DNA of 64,000 bases from contig JBAZSE010000002.1 of the NCBI GenBank assembly GCA_041662565.1, positions 27,244-91,243 on the forward strand, given 5' to 3'. Below the pieces are notes generated by a model, which was given only the letters and a program-made list of their open reading frames with translations, made no database searches and was not told where the DNA came from. Origin of the DNA: Patescibacteria group bacterium (GTDB lineage Bacteria; Patescibacteriota; Patescibacteriia; UBA1558; UBA10009). The position numbers were made by a program, and so were the translations under genes. Below, one piece after another: positions 42,994 to 53,793 of the stretch; positions within the stretch are counted from its first letter, which is position 1; each line of letters opens with the position of its first letter.

Positions 42994-43109
42994 AAATAAA
43001 AACAGGATCATTAACTTCCGCTCTTAATATAGCGAAAGTATGACCCTGATAATATTTACATCTTAATCGCTTAAAAGTTTTTTGTCAATACTAAACTGAC
43101 CCTCATTCC

Positions 43110-44432
43110 TTATTCATTATTCCCATCCTTTATTGCCAATCCCCACACCAGCCACCATAACATAAGGCCAAAAGATAAAGTCCAAAGATAATGATCAAAT
43201 AAGCCCATAACTCCCATTGAAATTATCAGCGCACGACTTATAACATCTGTTTTGCGCCAAAGATTGATGAGCAAAAAAGCAAACAATAAAAAACCCAATA
43301 CTCCCAGTTCGGTTAACGCCAGCCAATACCAACTATGAACCGGCTCGTAAAACAAACCGAATTTATCTGGCTCTATTATTTGCAGCTCTTTCATATAATT
43401 ACCCAAACCAACTCCTAAAACAGGATGATTTTTATAAATTCCTTTGGCTTGAGCAAGTAAACTTAAGCGTTGAGTAATGGAATATTTTTCCAAACGTTCG
43501 ACAGTGTTTAAACGGGTGGTTAATAATTGATAAGGAAAGGCCATTAAAAATACCCCCCAAAGTGCCGTAAAAACAATAGCTAATTTAAGGCAAACGATTT
43601 TTTCTTGTTTTAACTTTTTTACAAAAGCGTAAACAGCCAGATAAATAAATCCAATTGCTAAACCCAGCCAGGCCCCTCGGGAAAAAGTTAAAATCAAAGC
43701 AAAAAATATTACGCTAGCCGAAAGCCAATAAAAAAGATTAAGATAAAGCAAACTTCTGGAAAAATTTTCTTCAACAATAATCCTTTTTCTTATTTGCCAA
43801 AGCGAAATTACAATCAACAGCAAAATAATAACTAAAAATCCGCCTAAAATATTAGGATGAGGCAAAGAACCGTAAGCCCTTAACCAGCGTTCATCGGCAA
43901 ATTGCACCACCGAGGCACCTGGATTTTGAGCTTCTATAAATGATAAGCCCAGCCATTTGAAGGCAAAGGTGGATTGGGTAAAAAATTGGTAAATGGCAAA
44001 CAAACCCTGAACCAAACCCGAGGCGATCAGCCAGTTTTTAAGAGTTGGCAGAGCAGCGGACGACACACTATAAGCAACCAACCAAAACAAGCCAACGCCT
44101 TCAATTAGTTTTAATAAAGAATATGCGGCAAAGGTTTTATCAACAGACCAGATGATTGATAGTCCGGCAAACGCTATGATAGCTAGTATGGTTATTACAA
44201 TAGGATCGCCACGTCTTGCTTTGCTCGGCTCGCGATGACAACACAATCGCTTGATTAAGCCCAAAATCAACAGGAAGATTAACAAAATTTCGGTACCATA
44301 CAAACTGTACCGCCCGTATTCAACCGCAAAATTCCTAACCAAGTTATCATGATAAATCCACCTGGTTTGCCAAGGCAATAAAAAAACCAATAAACACAAG
44401 CCCCAATTAATAATGTTATTTAAATATTTCAT
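43110..44432 (-). CDS. O-antigen ligase-family membrane protein
   Basis: RAYGSLPHPNILGGF, TFSRGAW, HPVLGVGLGNY, PVHSWY...ELG. Confidence 0.88.
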   Translation of the reverse strand: MKYLNNIINWGLCLLVFLLPWQTRWIYHDNLVRNFAVEYGRYSLYGTEILLIFLLILGLIKRLCCHREPSKARRGDPIVITILAIIAFAGLSIIWSVDKTFAAYSLLKLIEGVGLFWLVAYSVSSAALPTLKNWLIASGLVQGLFAIYQFFTQSTFAFKWLGLSFIEAQNPGASVVQFADERWLRAYGSLPHPNILGGFLVIILLLIVISLWQIRKRIIVEENFSRSLLYLNLFYWLSASVIFFALILTFSRGAWLGLAIGFIYLAVYAFVKKLKQEKIVCLKLAIVFTALWGVFLMAFPYQLLTTRLNTVERLEKYSITQRLSLLAQAKGIYKNHPVLGVGLGNYMKELQIIEPDKFGLFYEPVHSWYWLALTELGVLGFLLFAFLLINLWRKTDVISRALIISMGVMGLFDHYLWTLSFGLMLWWLVWGLAIKDGNNE

Positions 44433-44504
44433 TTTAAAAAATTAAGTTTGTAGGGGATCTGATTACTTGTTTCATCAGATCCCCTATTGTTATGCAACTG
44501 GTTG

Positions 44505-44756
44505 TTAAACCTTCTTGGCCTTACCGAGACCATCCACCCAATTTTGGAACTTCCAGACTCCTCCCAAAGCACCAAATGACGTAAAGAAGAGACTGGATAA
44601 GAACCAAACTTTGAAGAAAGTTTCAGAAACACCAAGCGACACGCTGGATAGTGTGCCTTTTGTCCATAGTGATAGCAACATGGGTAGCCATATAGCTAAA
44701 ACCAATAGACCAAAGCATATCGCAGCACAATGCTTTTTTAAAAAGCACCACATCAT
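44505..44756 (-). CDS. Small hypothetical membrane protein (solo cassette)
   Basis: Two hydrophobic segments, AGGAGG RBS. Confidence 0.55.
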   Translation of the reverse strand: MMWCFLKKHCAAICFGLLVLAIWLPMLLSLWTKGTLSSVSLGVSETFFKVWFLSSLFFTSFGALGGVWKFQNWVDGLGKAKKV

Positions 44757-44825
44757 CCCTCCTACGTAAGACTGATAACGATTTACCGGATGTTCAACAA
44801 ACTTAATTTTTCAAAAATCAAATGA

Positions 44826-45761
44826 TCAACTAATTAAAGACTGAATTGTTTTATCAAACCTATACTGATATTCCTCTCTTCTATCCTCTCGATGGAATTT
44901 TAAAACATTTTGCCCTGCCATTACCCGCGTATCGATATTTAGCATCTTTTTTAAATCAGTTGGCATGATTTTTAACTGGATTTTTTTGGCCCTTTCTTCC
45001 AAAAAATTATAACTCAAAAGCGCGGATAATAAAAGCTGGCCAACATTAACCAGCCAATTTATCTTAACTTGCCTACGATCATGAACATTGTAGCCAAAAC
45101 TGTTGGGCAATGATTTTTTAATCCAATCATTGGCTGTTTGAAATTTTTGATAAGCTTTATTTTGATTATAAATCGGCACCAACTGTTCAATCCAGTACGC
45201 CAGATAAATATCATTAGGGGAAATTTTTAAATTTTCTATGCTTAAACTGTCTTCTGATAAAAAGAAATTAGCGTCTATAGTATCTTGCTTGCTAATTGCT
45301 TTGGGGCGAACACCCAAAATTTTTAAAAAACCGACCGTTAACAATCGAGTTAGCCACAAGCGGTTATTTTGGGTAATAATAAATAAATCAATATCGCCGG
45401 TTTGATTGGAATTGCTGTAAGCCAAAGAATTGCAAACGGCGATCATTTTGATAAAAGGAATAAATCGCAAAATTTTTATAAATTTTATGGCCCGCTTAAA
45501 CTTATTCTCCGCCAAGCCGTATTTAAACAATCTTTTGGCAATTAATTCTTGACGTCCGGATAAAAAATAAAATCCGTCTTTGGTGGCTATGTTATCGTTC
45601 AAACTTAATAGTGCGGTTTGAATTTCGCTTAAAGAGTAAGTTTGCCCTGCCGAACCTGCTGGCAAATACAACCATTTATAAATTTCCATCACAGTTAAGG
45701 GATAATCAAAAATATCAAAATATACAAGGGTTTTGATGATTGATTTTTGTAATTCGGACAT
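44826..45761 (-). CDS. Nucleotidyltransferase-fold hypothetical protein
   Basis: TLVYFDIFDYPLT N-terminus, PFIKMIAVCNSLA...GDIDLFII polymerase-beta-like motif. Confidence 0.7.
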   Translation of the reverse strand: MSELQKSIIKTLVYFDIFDYPLTVMEIYKWLYLPAGSAGQTYSLSEIQTALLSLNDNIATKDGFYFLSGRQELIAKRLFKYGLAENKFKRAIKFIKILRFIPFIKMIAVCNSLAYSNSNQTGDIDLFIITQNNRLWLTRLLTVGFLKILGVRPKAISKQDTIDANFFLSEDSLSIENLKISPNDIYLAYWIEQLVPIYNQNKAYQKFQTANDWIKKSLPNSFGYNVHDRRQVKINWLVNVGQLLLSALLSYNFLEERAKKIQLKIMPTDLKKMLNIDTRVMAGQNVLKFHREDRREEYQYRFDKTIQSLIS

Positions 45762-45815
45762 ACGGCTATTTTAACACAAAAATCAGCCAAACAAAAAACC
45801 CGCCGAATCGGCGGG

Positions 45816-48674
45816 TTATTTAAAGACCTTTTTAAGATACTGACCGGTGTAACTCTCTTTAACCTTGATTAAATCCTTGGGCGTGCCTTGAGCCACAATG
45901 TAACCCCCCTTATCCCCGCCCTCGGGCCCAAGATCTATCACCCAATCGGCGCATTTGATAACATCCAGCTGATGTTCAATAATCAAAACCGTATTGCCTT
46001 TATCAACCAAGCGGTTTAATACTTGTAACAAGCGATTGATATCGTCAAAATGCAAACCGGTTGTTGGCTCATCCAAAATATACAAAGTCCGGCCGGTAGA
46101 ACGGCGCGCCAGTTCGGTAGCGAGCTTTACTCTTTGGGCTTCACCACCGGATAAAGTGGTGGCGGATTGGCCTAATTTTAAATAACCCAAACCAACTTCA
46201 AACAATGTTTTTAATTTTTGGTAAATATTGGGCACGTTGGTAAAAAACCTCATACCTTCTTCCACGGTCATGGCTAGCACGTCGGCAATATTTTTGCCTT
46301 TGTAATGAACTTCCATGGTTTGCTGATTGTATCTTTTGCCATGGCATTCATCGCATTCAATATACACATCGGGCAAAAAGTTCATTTCAATTCGCACCAT
46401 GCCATCGCCTTCACAGGCCTCGCAACGCCCGCCTTCTACGTTAAAGCTAAACCTGCCGGCTTTGTAACCGCGGATTTTGGCTTCAGGCAGTTCGGTAAAC
46501 AAATCCCTAATATAAGTAAACACGCCGGTGTAAGTGGCGGGGTTGGATCTGGGAGTTCGGCCGATCGGCGATTGATCAATATCAATAACTTTATCCAAAT
46601 TTTCCAGGCCCTTGATTTCTTTATGTTTGCCCGGCAAATCCTTGGCGCGGTAAAAATACTGCCCCAAGGCCTTGGCTAAAATTTCGGTCATTAAGGTGGA
46701 TTTGCCGCTACCCGAAACACCGGTAATACAAACAAACTGGCCGAGCGGAATTTTAACGTTGATGTTTTTTAAATTGAATTCAGAAGCGCCGATAATTTCC
46801 AAATGCTTGCCATTGCCTTTGTGGTGTTTTTTGGGAATTTCAATCTGCATATCACCCGTTAAATACCGGCCGGTTAATGACTGCTTGTTTTTTTTGATTT
46901 GCTCGGGCGTACCTACAGCCACAACCTTGCCGCCGTTTTCGCCGGCACCGGGCCCGATATCCACCACGTAATCGGCAGCTAAAATCGTATCTTCATCATG
47001 CTCCACCACGATTATGGTATTACCCAAATCACGCAAAATTTTTAAGGTCTTAATTAATTTATCATTATCACGCTGGTGCAAACCAATGGATGGTTCATCC
47101 AAAATATACAACACCCCAACCAGCGATGAGCCAATTTGAGTGGCCAAACGGATGCGCTGAGATTCGCCGCCCGATAAAGTGGTGGCCGGGCGATCCAAAG
47201 TTAAATACGATAAACCAACATCTTCCAAAAAAGTCAAACGGGATTTTATTTCTTTTAAAATCGGTTCGGCAATTTTTGTCTCACGGGCATTAAATTTGAT
47301 GCTTTCTTTATGCTTGGGATTATTTATCCGATCAAAATAATAACTGGCCTGGGTAATGGTCATATTGGTCAGCTCAAAAATGCTTTTTTCGCCGACCGTT
47401 ACGCTTAACACTTCCGGCCGCAAACGCCTGCCATGGCACAACGGGCATTGGTAAACCCTCATATAGCGCTCAATTTCGCTTCTAATATATTCCGATTCGG
47501 TTTCACGGTACCTGCGGGCCAAATTAGGCATCACGCCTTCGTAAGTGCTGTTAAAATCACCACTAAACTTTTCGGTATTAAAATTCATGTTGTACTTGCG
47601 ATCACCGGTGCCTTCCAAAACAATTTCCAACTGTTTTTTGGTTAGCTTATTAACCGGCACGCGGGTGGAAAATTTATGGGCTTTGGCCACGTTTTCCAGC
47701 ATTTTAAAATACCACGATTGGTTGGAAGCGGTTCTGGACCACGGCCTAATAGCGCCTTCGGCCAAAGATAATTTTTTATTGGGAATAACCAAATCAGGGT
47801 CAACTTCCAGCTTGGTGCCCAGACCCGAACATTCCGGACAGGCGCCATGGGGGGAATTGAAAGAAAAATTTCTAGGTTCAATCTTTGGCAAATTAAGACC
47901 GCACTTAGGGCACGAAAGATGTTGGCTGTAAACCAAATCCTTGGAGTGTTCGGGCAAATGAACAATCACTACCCCGTCGCCCAAATCAGCCACGATTTCC
48001 AATGAATCAATTAATCGCTTTTTATCGTCCTTGGAAACGGTTAAACGATCCACCACCACTTCAATGGTATGTTTTTTTTGTTTATCCAAATCCAAATCCA
48101 TGGCTTCAACCAATGAATACATCTGATTGTTAATGCGCACGCGGGCATAGCCGGCTTTTTTGAATTCATTAAAAACATGCTTGTGCTCGCCCTTCTTATC
48201 TTTAATTACCGGGGCAATCAGCCAGACCTCGGTATTGGCGGGCAAATTTAAAATTTTCTCGGCAATAGCGCCAATGGTTTGGGTAGAAATTTCTTGCCCG
48301 CAATTAGGGCAGTGAGGATGCCCGGCTCGGGCATAAAGCAATCTTAAATAATCGTAAATTTCGGTAATCGTACCAACGGTGGAACGAGGGTTATGGGAAG
48401 TTGATTTTTGGTCAATAGAAATAGCCGGCGACAAGCCGTCAATTTGATCCACATCCGGCTTATCCATTAAACCCAAAAACTGCCGAGCGTAAGCGGATAA
48501 CGACTCAACATACCGGCGCTGGCCTTCGGCGTAAATGGTATCAAAAGCAAGCGAAGATTTACCGGAACCAGAAAGGCCGGTAATAACTACCAGTTTATCG
48601 CGCGGGATTTCCACATCAATATTTTTTAAGTTGTGGACCCTGGCGCCTTTAATAACGATTTTATTGGCAGACAT
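45816..48674 (-). CDS. uvrA: Excinuclease ABC subunit A
   Basis: [14 protein letters not shown], two ABC domains, Zn fingers, LSGGEAQR. Confidence 0.99.
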   Translation of the reverse strand: MSANKIVIKGARVHNLKNIDVEIPRDKLVVITGLSGSGKSSLAFDTIYAEGQRRYVESLSAYARQFLGLMDKPDVDQIDGLSPAISIDQKSTSHNPRSTVGTITEIYDYLRLLYARAGHPHCPNCGQEISTQTIGAIAEKILNLPANTEVWLIAPVIKDKKGEHKHVFNEFKKAGYARVRINNQMYSLVEAMDLDLDKQKKHTIEVVVDRLTVSKDDKKRLIDSLEIVADLGDGVVIVHLPEHSKDLVYSQHLSCPKCGLNLPKIEPRNFSFNSPHGACPECSGLGTKLEVDPDLVIPNKKLSLAEGAIRPWSRTASNQSWYFKMLENVAKAHKFSTRVPVNKLTKKQLEIVLEGTGDRKYNMNFNTEKFSGDFNSTYEGVMPNLARRYRETESEYIRSEIERYMRVYQCPLCHGRRLRPEVLSVTVGEKSIFELTNMTITQASYYFDRINNPKHKESIKFNARETKIAEPILKEIKSRLTFLEDVGLSYLTLDRPATTLSGGESQRIRLATQIGSSLVGVLYILDEPSIGLHQRDNDKLIKTLKILRDLGNTIIVVEHDEDTILAADYVVDIGPGAGENGGKVVAVGTPEQIKKNKQSLTGRYLTGDMQIEIPKKHHKGNGKHLEIIGASEFNLKNINVKIPLGQFVCITGVSGSGKSTLMTEILAKALGQYFYRAKDLPGKHKEIKGLENLDKVIDIDQSPIGRTPRSNPATYTGVFTYIRDLFTELPEAKIRGYKAGRFSFNVEGGRCEACEGDGMVRIEMNFLPDVYIECDECHGKRYNQQTMEVHYKGKNIADVLAMTVEEGMRFFTNVPNIYQKLKTLFEVGLGYLKLGQSATTLSGGEAQRVKLATELARRSTGRTLYILDEPTTGLHFDDINRLLQVLNRLVDKGNTVLIIEHQLDVIKCADWVIDLGPEGGDKGGYIVAQGTPKDLIKVKESYTGQYLKKVFK

Positions 48675-48878
48675 AGTTTAGGTACTAGTAACTAAGGCAC
48701 AAGCTGGCACCCATTGTACACCCATTTTGCGAAAAGGTCAATTATGTAAAAAGATGGCGCAGATTTAGACGGATTTCACGGATATAAGATCTGAGTAAAT
48801 CTGTGTCAAATCTGCGTAATCCGTGACTAATAAAAAAGGACAGCTGGTTAGGGCTGTCCGTGGAAGGGTTGGAGCTTT

Positions 48879-49241
48879 TTAAGCTGTTGGAGTGACAGGA
48901 ATGGTCCAGGCCACTTTAAGACGAAGATCTGCTGCCCTGCTCTTAAGCAACCAGTCCGGTGCTTCTTCGGTTAGGCGCAGTGCAAAGCACAACGCCTCGA
49001 AAGAGCCGTCCACATCCAGTATTGGGTTGGCATCAAAAATTGCCAAGTTAACGCCAAACTTGTGGGCGGTGGCCACGAAGATTCCATTGGCATCAAGAAA
49101 ATCGCAATGACTCCAGTCGCCCTTGCAAAAAACGATTCCTTGTCCGTAAACGACCCTTGCCGGTTCAACTGTGAGCATCTCGCCGGCTATTGACTGGAAA
49201 AGATTCCAGGCCGCCTGAATTGGCGGAGTGAATGCGATCAT
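48879..49241 (-). CDS. Hypothetical protein (solo cassette)
   Basis: GAGGA RBS, TTGACA-17-TAGCTT promoter, terminator 48832-48859. Confidence 0.65.
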   Translation of the reverse strand: MIAFTPPIQAAWNLFQSIAGEMLTVEPARVVYGQGIVFCKGDWSHCDFLDANGIFVATAHKFGVNLAIFDANPILDVDGSFEALCFALRLTEEAPDWLLKSRAADLRLKVAWTIPVTPTA

Positions 49242-49377
49242 CGTATCCTCTGATTGTGAAAGAAAATGGTTACACGAAACTCACTTAAGCTACACCTTTA
49301 CAACTATTTTGTCAATAATAAAAAATTGACAAACCCCCATAAATTCGGGATACTTAAAATAAGTAACATTACTCATT

Positions 49378-50790
49378 ATGGATCTGCAAGAAGCGTTTGT
49401 TCAGCAAAAAATTTTAACAGACAAAGTCAGGCAAACTCAGCCCGAACTTTTTAAAATTGAGCGTTCGCGCACGGAAGCGGAAATTTTTAAAATTATTGGC
49501 ATTGATAATTTGCCCCAAAACCGGCCCTTGGGCTATTTACGGCTTTATCCCGAAGATTTTTTGGTTGAAGAAATTACCAAAGAAGATAAACTAATAAAAA
49601 TAAATGAATTTAATGATAATTTTCCTGATCAAAAAAACAGCCCCCACAATACTACTCTTTACGCACATTTGATAAAAATAGGCATCCCCACGCATCATGC
49701 CATAGAAAAAATTTCCCAGGCCTTAAAAATTGACCGAACCAAAATCGGTTTTGCCGGCTTAAAAGATTCTGATGCCTTAACCGCTCAACAGATTGCCTTT
49801 CCCGGACTTAAAATTACCCCCCAAGAAATTAAGGCCGTAAAAATTCCCCATATTTGCTTAACCGATTTTTATTACGGCCAAAATACCCTATCCCCCGGAA
49901 ATTTGCACGGCAACTGCTTTACTATAACAATAAGGACGGAACAGGAAATCGATGCTTCTTGGCTTAAAGCCCGTGTTAACATTTTAAAAACCCATGGTTT
50001 TTTAAACTACTTTCAATCCCAGCGTTTTGGCGGCACTAGATTAAACGGCCATTTATTGGGCAAGCTAGTGGCCAAAGGCCAATACCAACAGGCCATTACC
50101 ACCTTTTTATTTCAAACCAATAATTTTAATTTGCCTTATGCCAATAACTTAAGAAAATCCGGTGAGCAGGCCTGGCCTGATTTAAACGAGATTAAAAAAT
50201 TATTTTTAAATCTGCCATATTATTTTAATGTTGAATTAAAAATCATTGATTATCTTTTAGCCAATCCTCAAGATTACCAAGGCGCCCTTAATGCCGTGCC
50301 CGACCATACCAGAATCTGGGTTCATGCCTATACCAGCTGGCTGTTTAACAAGCATTTGTCGGATTTTTCCCAAAACCACGGCTGTACCACCGAAATTTTT
50401 ACCCTACCCTTAAACGGCAACAAAAACGATGATCGACCTTATCAAAAATATTTAACAGCCGATGATGTTAAGGATTACAAAAAACATCTTTTGCCTTTTA
50501 GATTTATTGGTTTTAGAAAACAAACCATTAGCGGAAGAGTTAAGCCGCAAAATGTTGATTATCGGATTTTTAAACAAGGCGCCATAATTAATTTTTCTTT
50601 GCCACCCGGCTGTTACGCCACTACTTTTTTAGCCAATTTGTTTAATTTGCAAGAAGGCCTACCTATTCCTTTATGGGTCACGCGAGAAAAAATAGATGCC
50701 AAGGCCTTAATGAATCAAGGAAATTTAAATGAGTTAAAAGAAATATTTAAAGAAGAATGGTATTCCAAAGCAGAAAAAACCGATGTTTAA
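49378..50790 (+). CDS. truD: tRNA pseudouridine(13) synthase
   Basis: PEDFLVEEI, GFAGLKD..ALTAQ, GNCFTITIR, NYFQSQRFG, FSLPPGCYAT. Confidence 0.9.
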   Translation: MDLQEAFVQQKILTDKVRQTQPELFKIERSRTEAEIFKIIGIDNLPQNRPLGYLRLYPEDFLVEEITKEDKLIKINEFNDNFPDQKNSPHNTTLYAHLIKIGIPTHHAIEKISQALKIDRTKIGFAGLKDSDALTAQQIAFPGLKITPQEIKAVKIPHICLTDFYYGQNTLSPGNLHGNCFTITIRTEQEIDASWLKARVNILKTHGFLNYFQSQRFGGTRLNGHLLGKLVAKGQYQQAITTFLFQTNNFNLPYANNLRKSGEQAWPDLNEIKKLFLNLPYYFNVELKIIDYLLANPQDYQGALNAVPDHTRIWVHAYTSWLFNKHLSDFSQNHGCTTEIFTLPLNGNKNDDRPYQKYLTADDVKDYKKHLLPFRFIGFRKQTISGRVKPQNVDYRIFKQGAIINFSLPPGCYATTFLANLFNLQEGLPIPLWVTREKIDAKALMNQGNLNELKEIFKEEWYSKAEKTDV

Positions 50791-50881
50791 AATTTGAATA
50801 AAAAAAGACCGGTAGCAGCGTTATAGGTTATGACCTACAGCACTGCTACCGGGATTTGTCGATCAAACCGCTTGAGAGGGT

Positions 50882-51478
50882 TTAACCAACGAGGCAATAG
50901 GTGCGTCCCTTCTTACCTCCGAACGAAAGCTGTCGAGCCGACTGGTTGGACCGATGCGGCGACCCCAGAATGATTGTGTCCAACCTGTACTGTTTGCCGG
51001 TTTTTTCCTGTTCGTCGGTCTTTCGGTATTTCAGATTAGCCCACACCGTGACCTCGAATTGGCAGTTTCTCAGAACACCCCATACTGCAGGCGGCACTTC
51101 GACCGAGACGTTACTGATGCGATATTCCACTACATGGACAGGGAATTTCCCCTTATCCCAATAATAGTGGAAACCAGTTATTACCCAACCCTTACCGGCG
51201 AGTTGCCCCAAAAATTCGTAGAAGCGAACTCCCTTCTGCTGATTGATGATCCGCAGGCCTGTATCGTTCTTGTTTGACCGATAGACGTGGGTGGCAAGGT
51301 TACGGGCTCTTGCCTCATCTGCGTGAGTTGCTTCGATCTGAGCACCATCTCTCACCATTTCCGGAAAACCGGGAATAAGATCTAATCCATAGATCTTGAT
51401 GAGGATGGTACCGGGCACCTTAGTATAAACGGCAGACCGTTTTGCCACTTCTTTTCGAACTGGATCCTTGCTGGGCAT
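50882..51478 (-). CDS. Hypothetical protein (solo cassette)
   Basis: GGGAGG RBS, TTGACA-17-TATGAT promoter, terminator 50800-50853. Confidence 0.7.
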   Translation of the reverse strand: MPSKDPVRKEVAKRSAVYTKVPGTILIKIYGLDLIPGFPEMVRDGAQIEATHADEARARNLATHVYRSNKNDTGLRIINQQKGVRFYEFLGQLAGKGWVITGFHYYWDKGKFPVHVVEYRISNVSVEVPPAVWGVLRNCQFEVTVWANLKYRKTDEQEKTGKQYRLDTIILGSPHRSNQSARQLSFGGKKGRTYCLVG

Positions 51479-51630
51479 TTCTGCCTCCCTTGCTTGCTGG
51501 TTTGCTGTATTGCTGAATTTTTGTCAACGAAATTGACCTTCCATCATAGCATATATATTAAATTATGTCAATCATTATACTAAAAATGGGCTAATTTAAG
51601 CCATTTTTATCCACTTTTGGATTCATTTAT

Positions 51631-52920
51631 ATGCCAACTTTATTAAAACTCAACAACTTGCCAACAAAACCGGGTATTTACCGTTTTTTGGATAAAACTG
51701 GTCGTCTTTTGTATATTGGCAAAGCCAAAAATTTAAAAAATAGAGTTAAATCATATTTTGTTAAAACAACCGAACTCTCGCCCGCTAAACAGCAGATGGT
51801 TCAAAAAATAAACAAGGTAGAATACACTTTAGTAAATAATGAAACCGAAGCCCTGCTCTTGGAACGCAGTTTAATCAAAAAATTCCAACCGCCGTACAAT
51901 GTGGATTTGAAGGATGATAAAAGTTGGCTGTACGCTCAGATTACCAAAACCGATTTTCCTCAAGTGATTTTAACTAGAAAAAAAGAAAATCATCAAACAA
52001 CCAAAAAAGATAATCAAGGGCGATTTTTTGGACCATATACTTCGGCCTTAGCCATCCGGCAAACTTTAAGAATGCTAAAAAGAATTTTCCCCTACTATAC
52101 CGAATCCGGACCAATGATTAATTTGGCTAAAAATACCACCAGCCGTTTGCACTTGGGCCGGTACTTAAACCAACCCCTAACAGATAAAAAGGAATGGCAA
52201 AAAAACATTGGTTTGATTAAAAAATTTTTGGCAGGCAAAAATGCAGAATTCAAAATTGCTTTGCAAAAAAATATGGCCACGCAAGCCAAGAAAAAAAACT
52301 TTGAACGCGCGGGTTTAATTAGGGATCAATTAAAATATTTGGAAATCGTCAATCAAAAACAGCGAGTGATTAAAAATAATGAAGTGGACGAGGGTTACCT
52401 CGCTAAAGTTAAAAAAAAATATTTGGGCCTTAAAGAACTACAAAAAGTTTTAAAACTGCCCAAAACCCCTTTGCGGATTGAATGCTACGACATTTCCAAC
52501 ATCGGTGGCCAAATGGCAGTTGGTTCCATGGTGGTGCTAACCAATGGCGAACCAGATAATTCTAGCTATCGCCGCTTTAAAATCAAAACCGTAATTGGCG
52601 CCAATGATCCGGCCATGATTGCCGAAGTTATTAAAAGAAGATTACATAATGATTGGCCAAAACCTGATTTGATTTTAATTGATGGCGGGCCAACCCAACT
52701 TAATGCCGCTGTACGTGAACTTAAAAAAGCCGGTTTTAAACTGCCGATTGTTTCTTTAGCCAAACGTGAAGAAGAAATTTATTTGCCCAACGAAGCCATA
52801 CCGATCAAACTGCCAAAATTTTCCTCTGGTTTGCAGTTGTTACAAAGAATTAGGGATGAGGCGCATAGATTTGCTATTACTTATTATAGAAAACTTCACT
52901 CCAAAAAATATCTGGAATAA
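51631..52920 (+). CDS. uvrC: Excinuclease ABC subunit C, short form without C-terminal HhH domain
   Basis: GIY-YIG (PGIY...LYIGKAKNLKNRV), RIECYDISN, PDLILIDGG, RIRDEAHRFA. Confidence 0.93.
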   Translation: MPTLLKLNNLPTKPGIYRFLDKTGRLLYIGKAKNLKNRVKSYFVKTTELSPAKQQMVQKINKVEYTLVNNETEALLLERSLIKKFQPPYNVDLKDDKSWLYAQITKTDFPQVILTRKKENHQTTKKDNQGRFFGPYTSALAIRQTLRMLKRIFPYYTESGPMINLAKNTTSRLHLGRYLNQPLTDKKEWQKNIGLIKKFLAGKNAEFKIALQKNMATQAKKKNFERAGLIRDQLKYLEIVNQKQRVIKNNEVDEGYLAKVKKKYLGLKELQKVLKLPKTPLRIECYDISNIGGQMAVGSMVVLTNGEPDNSSYRRFKIKTVIGANDPAMIAEVIKRRLHNDWPKPDLILIDGGPTQLNAAVRELKKAGFKLPIVSLAKREEEIYLPNEAIPIKLPKFSSGLQLLQRIRDEAHRFAITYYRKLHSKKYLE

Positions 52921-52960
52921 AAAAAGTCCCTCTGTAAAGAAGGACTTGGGGTGGACCTGA

Positions 52961-53407
52961 TTACGGTCCTACGGATTTGAGTGTGCAGGAACATCCGTTG
53001 TTTTCCTTGATCACAAACAGCAACCGCAGACCCTTGATAAGAAAGGCCGTGAACATCATTAACTGTAGAGTTAACGCTATTCCGACCAATGCCGTCTGCT
53101 GAAGAGCCAGAAGAGGAATCAAGCCGATCAAAGAAATCACATAAACAATTACAAATGACTGAAAATCTTTCTGATAGAAAGATGCATCGTCGGCGGATTT
53201 ACCTGCCAATGCCCCCAACCAAGCGCCGAGCAAGATCCCAATTAGGATCAAAGTGCCGCCAATCATGCTCATGGGAGCATTCCATCGAACGGCTGGGTCA
53301 ATCTCTTGACCGATCCAAATCAGGTAGACGATGAAAATTGCCAGCCAAATGCCCGAGGCAAAGGCCATAGACAGATTGGCAATGGCATACTTTTGGGCTT
53401 TGCCCAT
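52961..53407 (-). CDS. Hypothetical 4-TM membrane protein (solo cassette)
   Basis: GGAGG RBS, TTGACT-16-TAGAAT promoter, convergent with uvrC. Confidence 0.7.
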   Translation of the reverse strand: MGKAQKYAIANLSMAFASGIWLAIFIVYLIWIGQEIDPAVRWNAPMSMIGGTLILIGILLGAWLGALAGKSADDASFYQKDFQSFVIVYVISLIGLIPLLALQQTALVGIALTLQLMMFTAFLIKGLRLLFVIKENNGCSCTLKSVGP

Positions 53408-53538
53408 TTCTTTTCCTCCAATTTGTACGGTTTAATTCAAACTAATTCTATAGAATTTGGCTTAAAAGTCAAGTTAAGCTTTGCGTTTTTATTATTTATA
53501 ATTGACAAAGGTTAGGCAATCTGTTATTATATTGAAAT

Positions 53539-53757
53539 ATGGGAAAATTCATCACAATTATTCAACTTATATCCGCTGTTTTACTGGCTATTTTTATTCT
53601 TTTGCAACAGCGCGGAGCAGGTCTAGGCGGTATTTTTGGGGGCGAAGGCTCGGTTTACCGGACTAAAAGAGGCGCCGAAAAAATCATCTTTATTACAACT
53701 ATCATCTTAGCCGTAATCTTCCTGGCCAGCGCCATAACCAGCATTTTTATTCAATAG
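53539..53757 (+). CDS. secG: Preprotein translocase subunit SecG
   Basis: ILLQQRGAGLGGIFGG...TKRGAEK; two TM helices. Confidence 0.93.
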   Translation: MGKFITIIQLISAVLLAIFILLQQRGAGLGGIFGGEGSVYRTKRGAEKIIFITTIILAVIFLASAITSIFIQ

Positions 53758-53793
53758 TTTAATCTATTGATGTTGGCCAGTTAAAATAAAATT

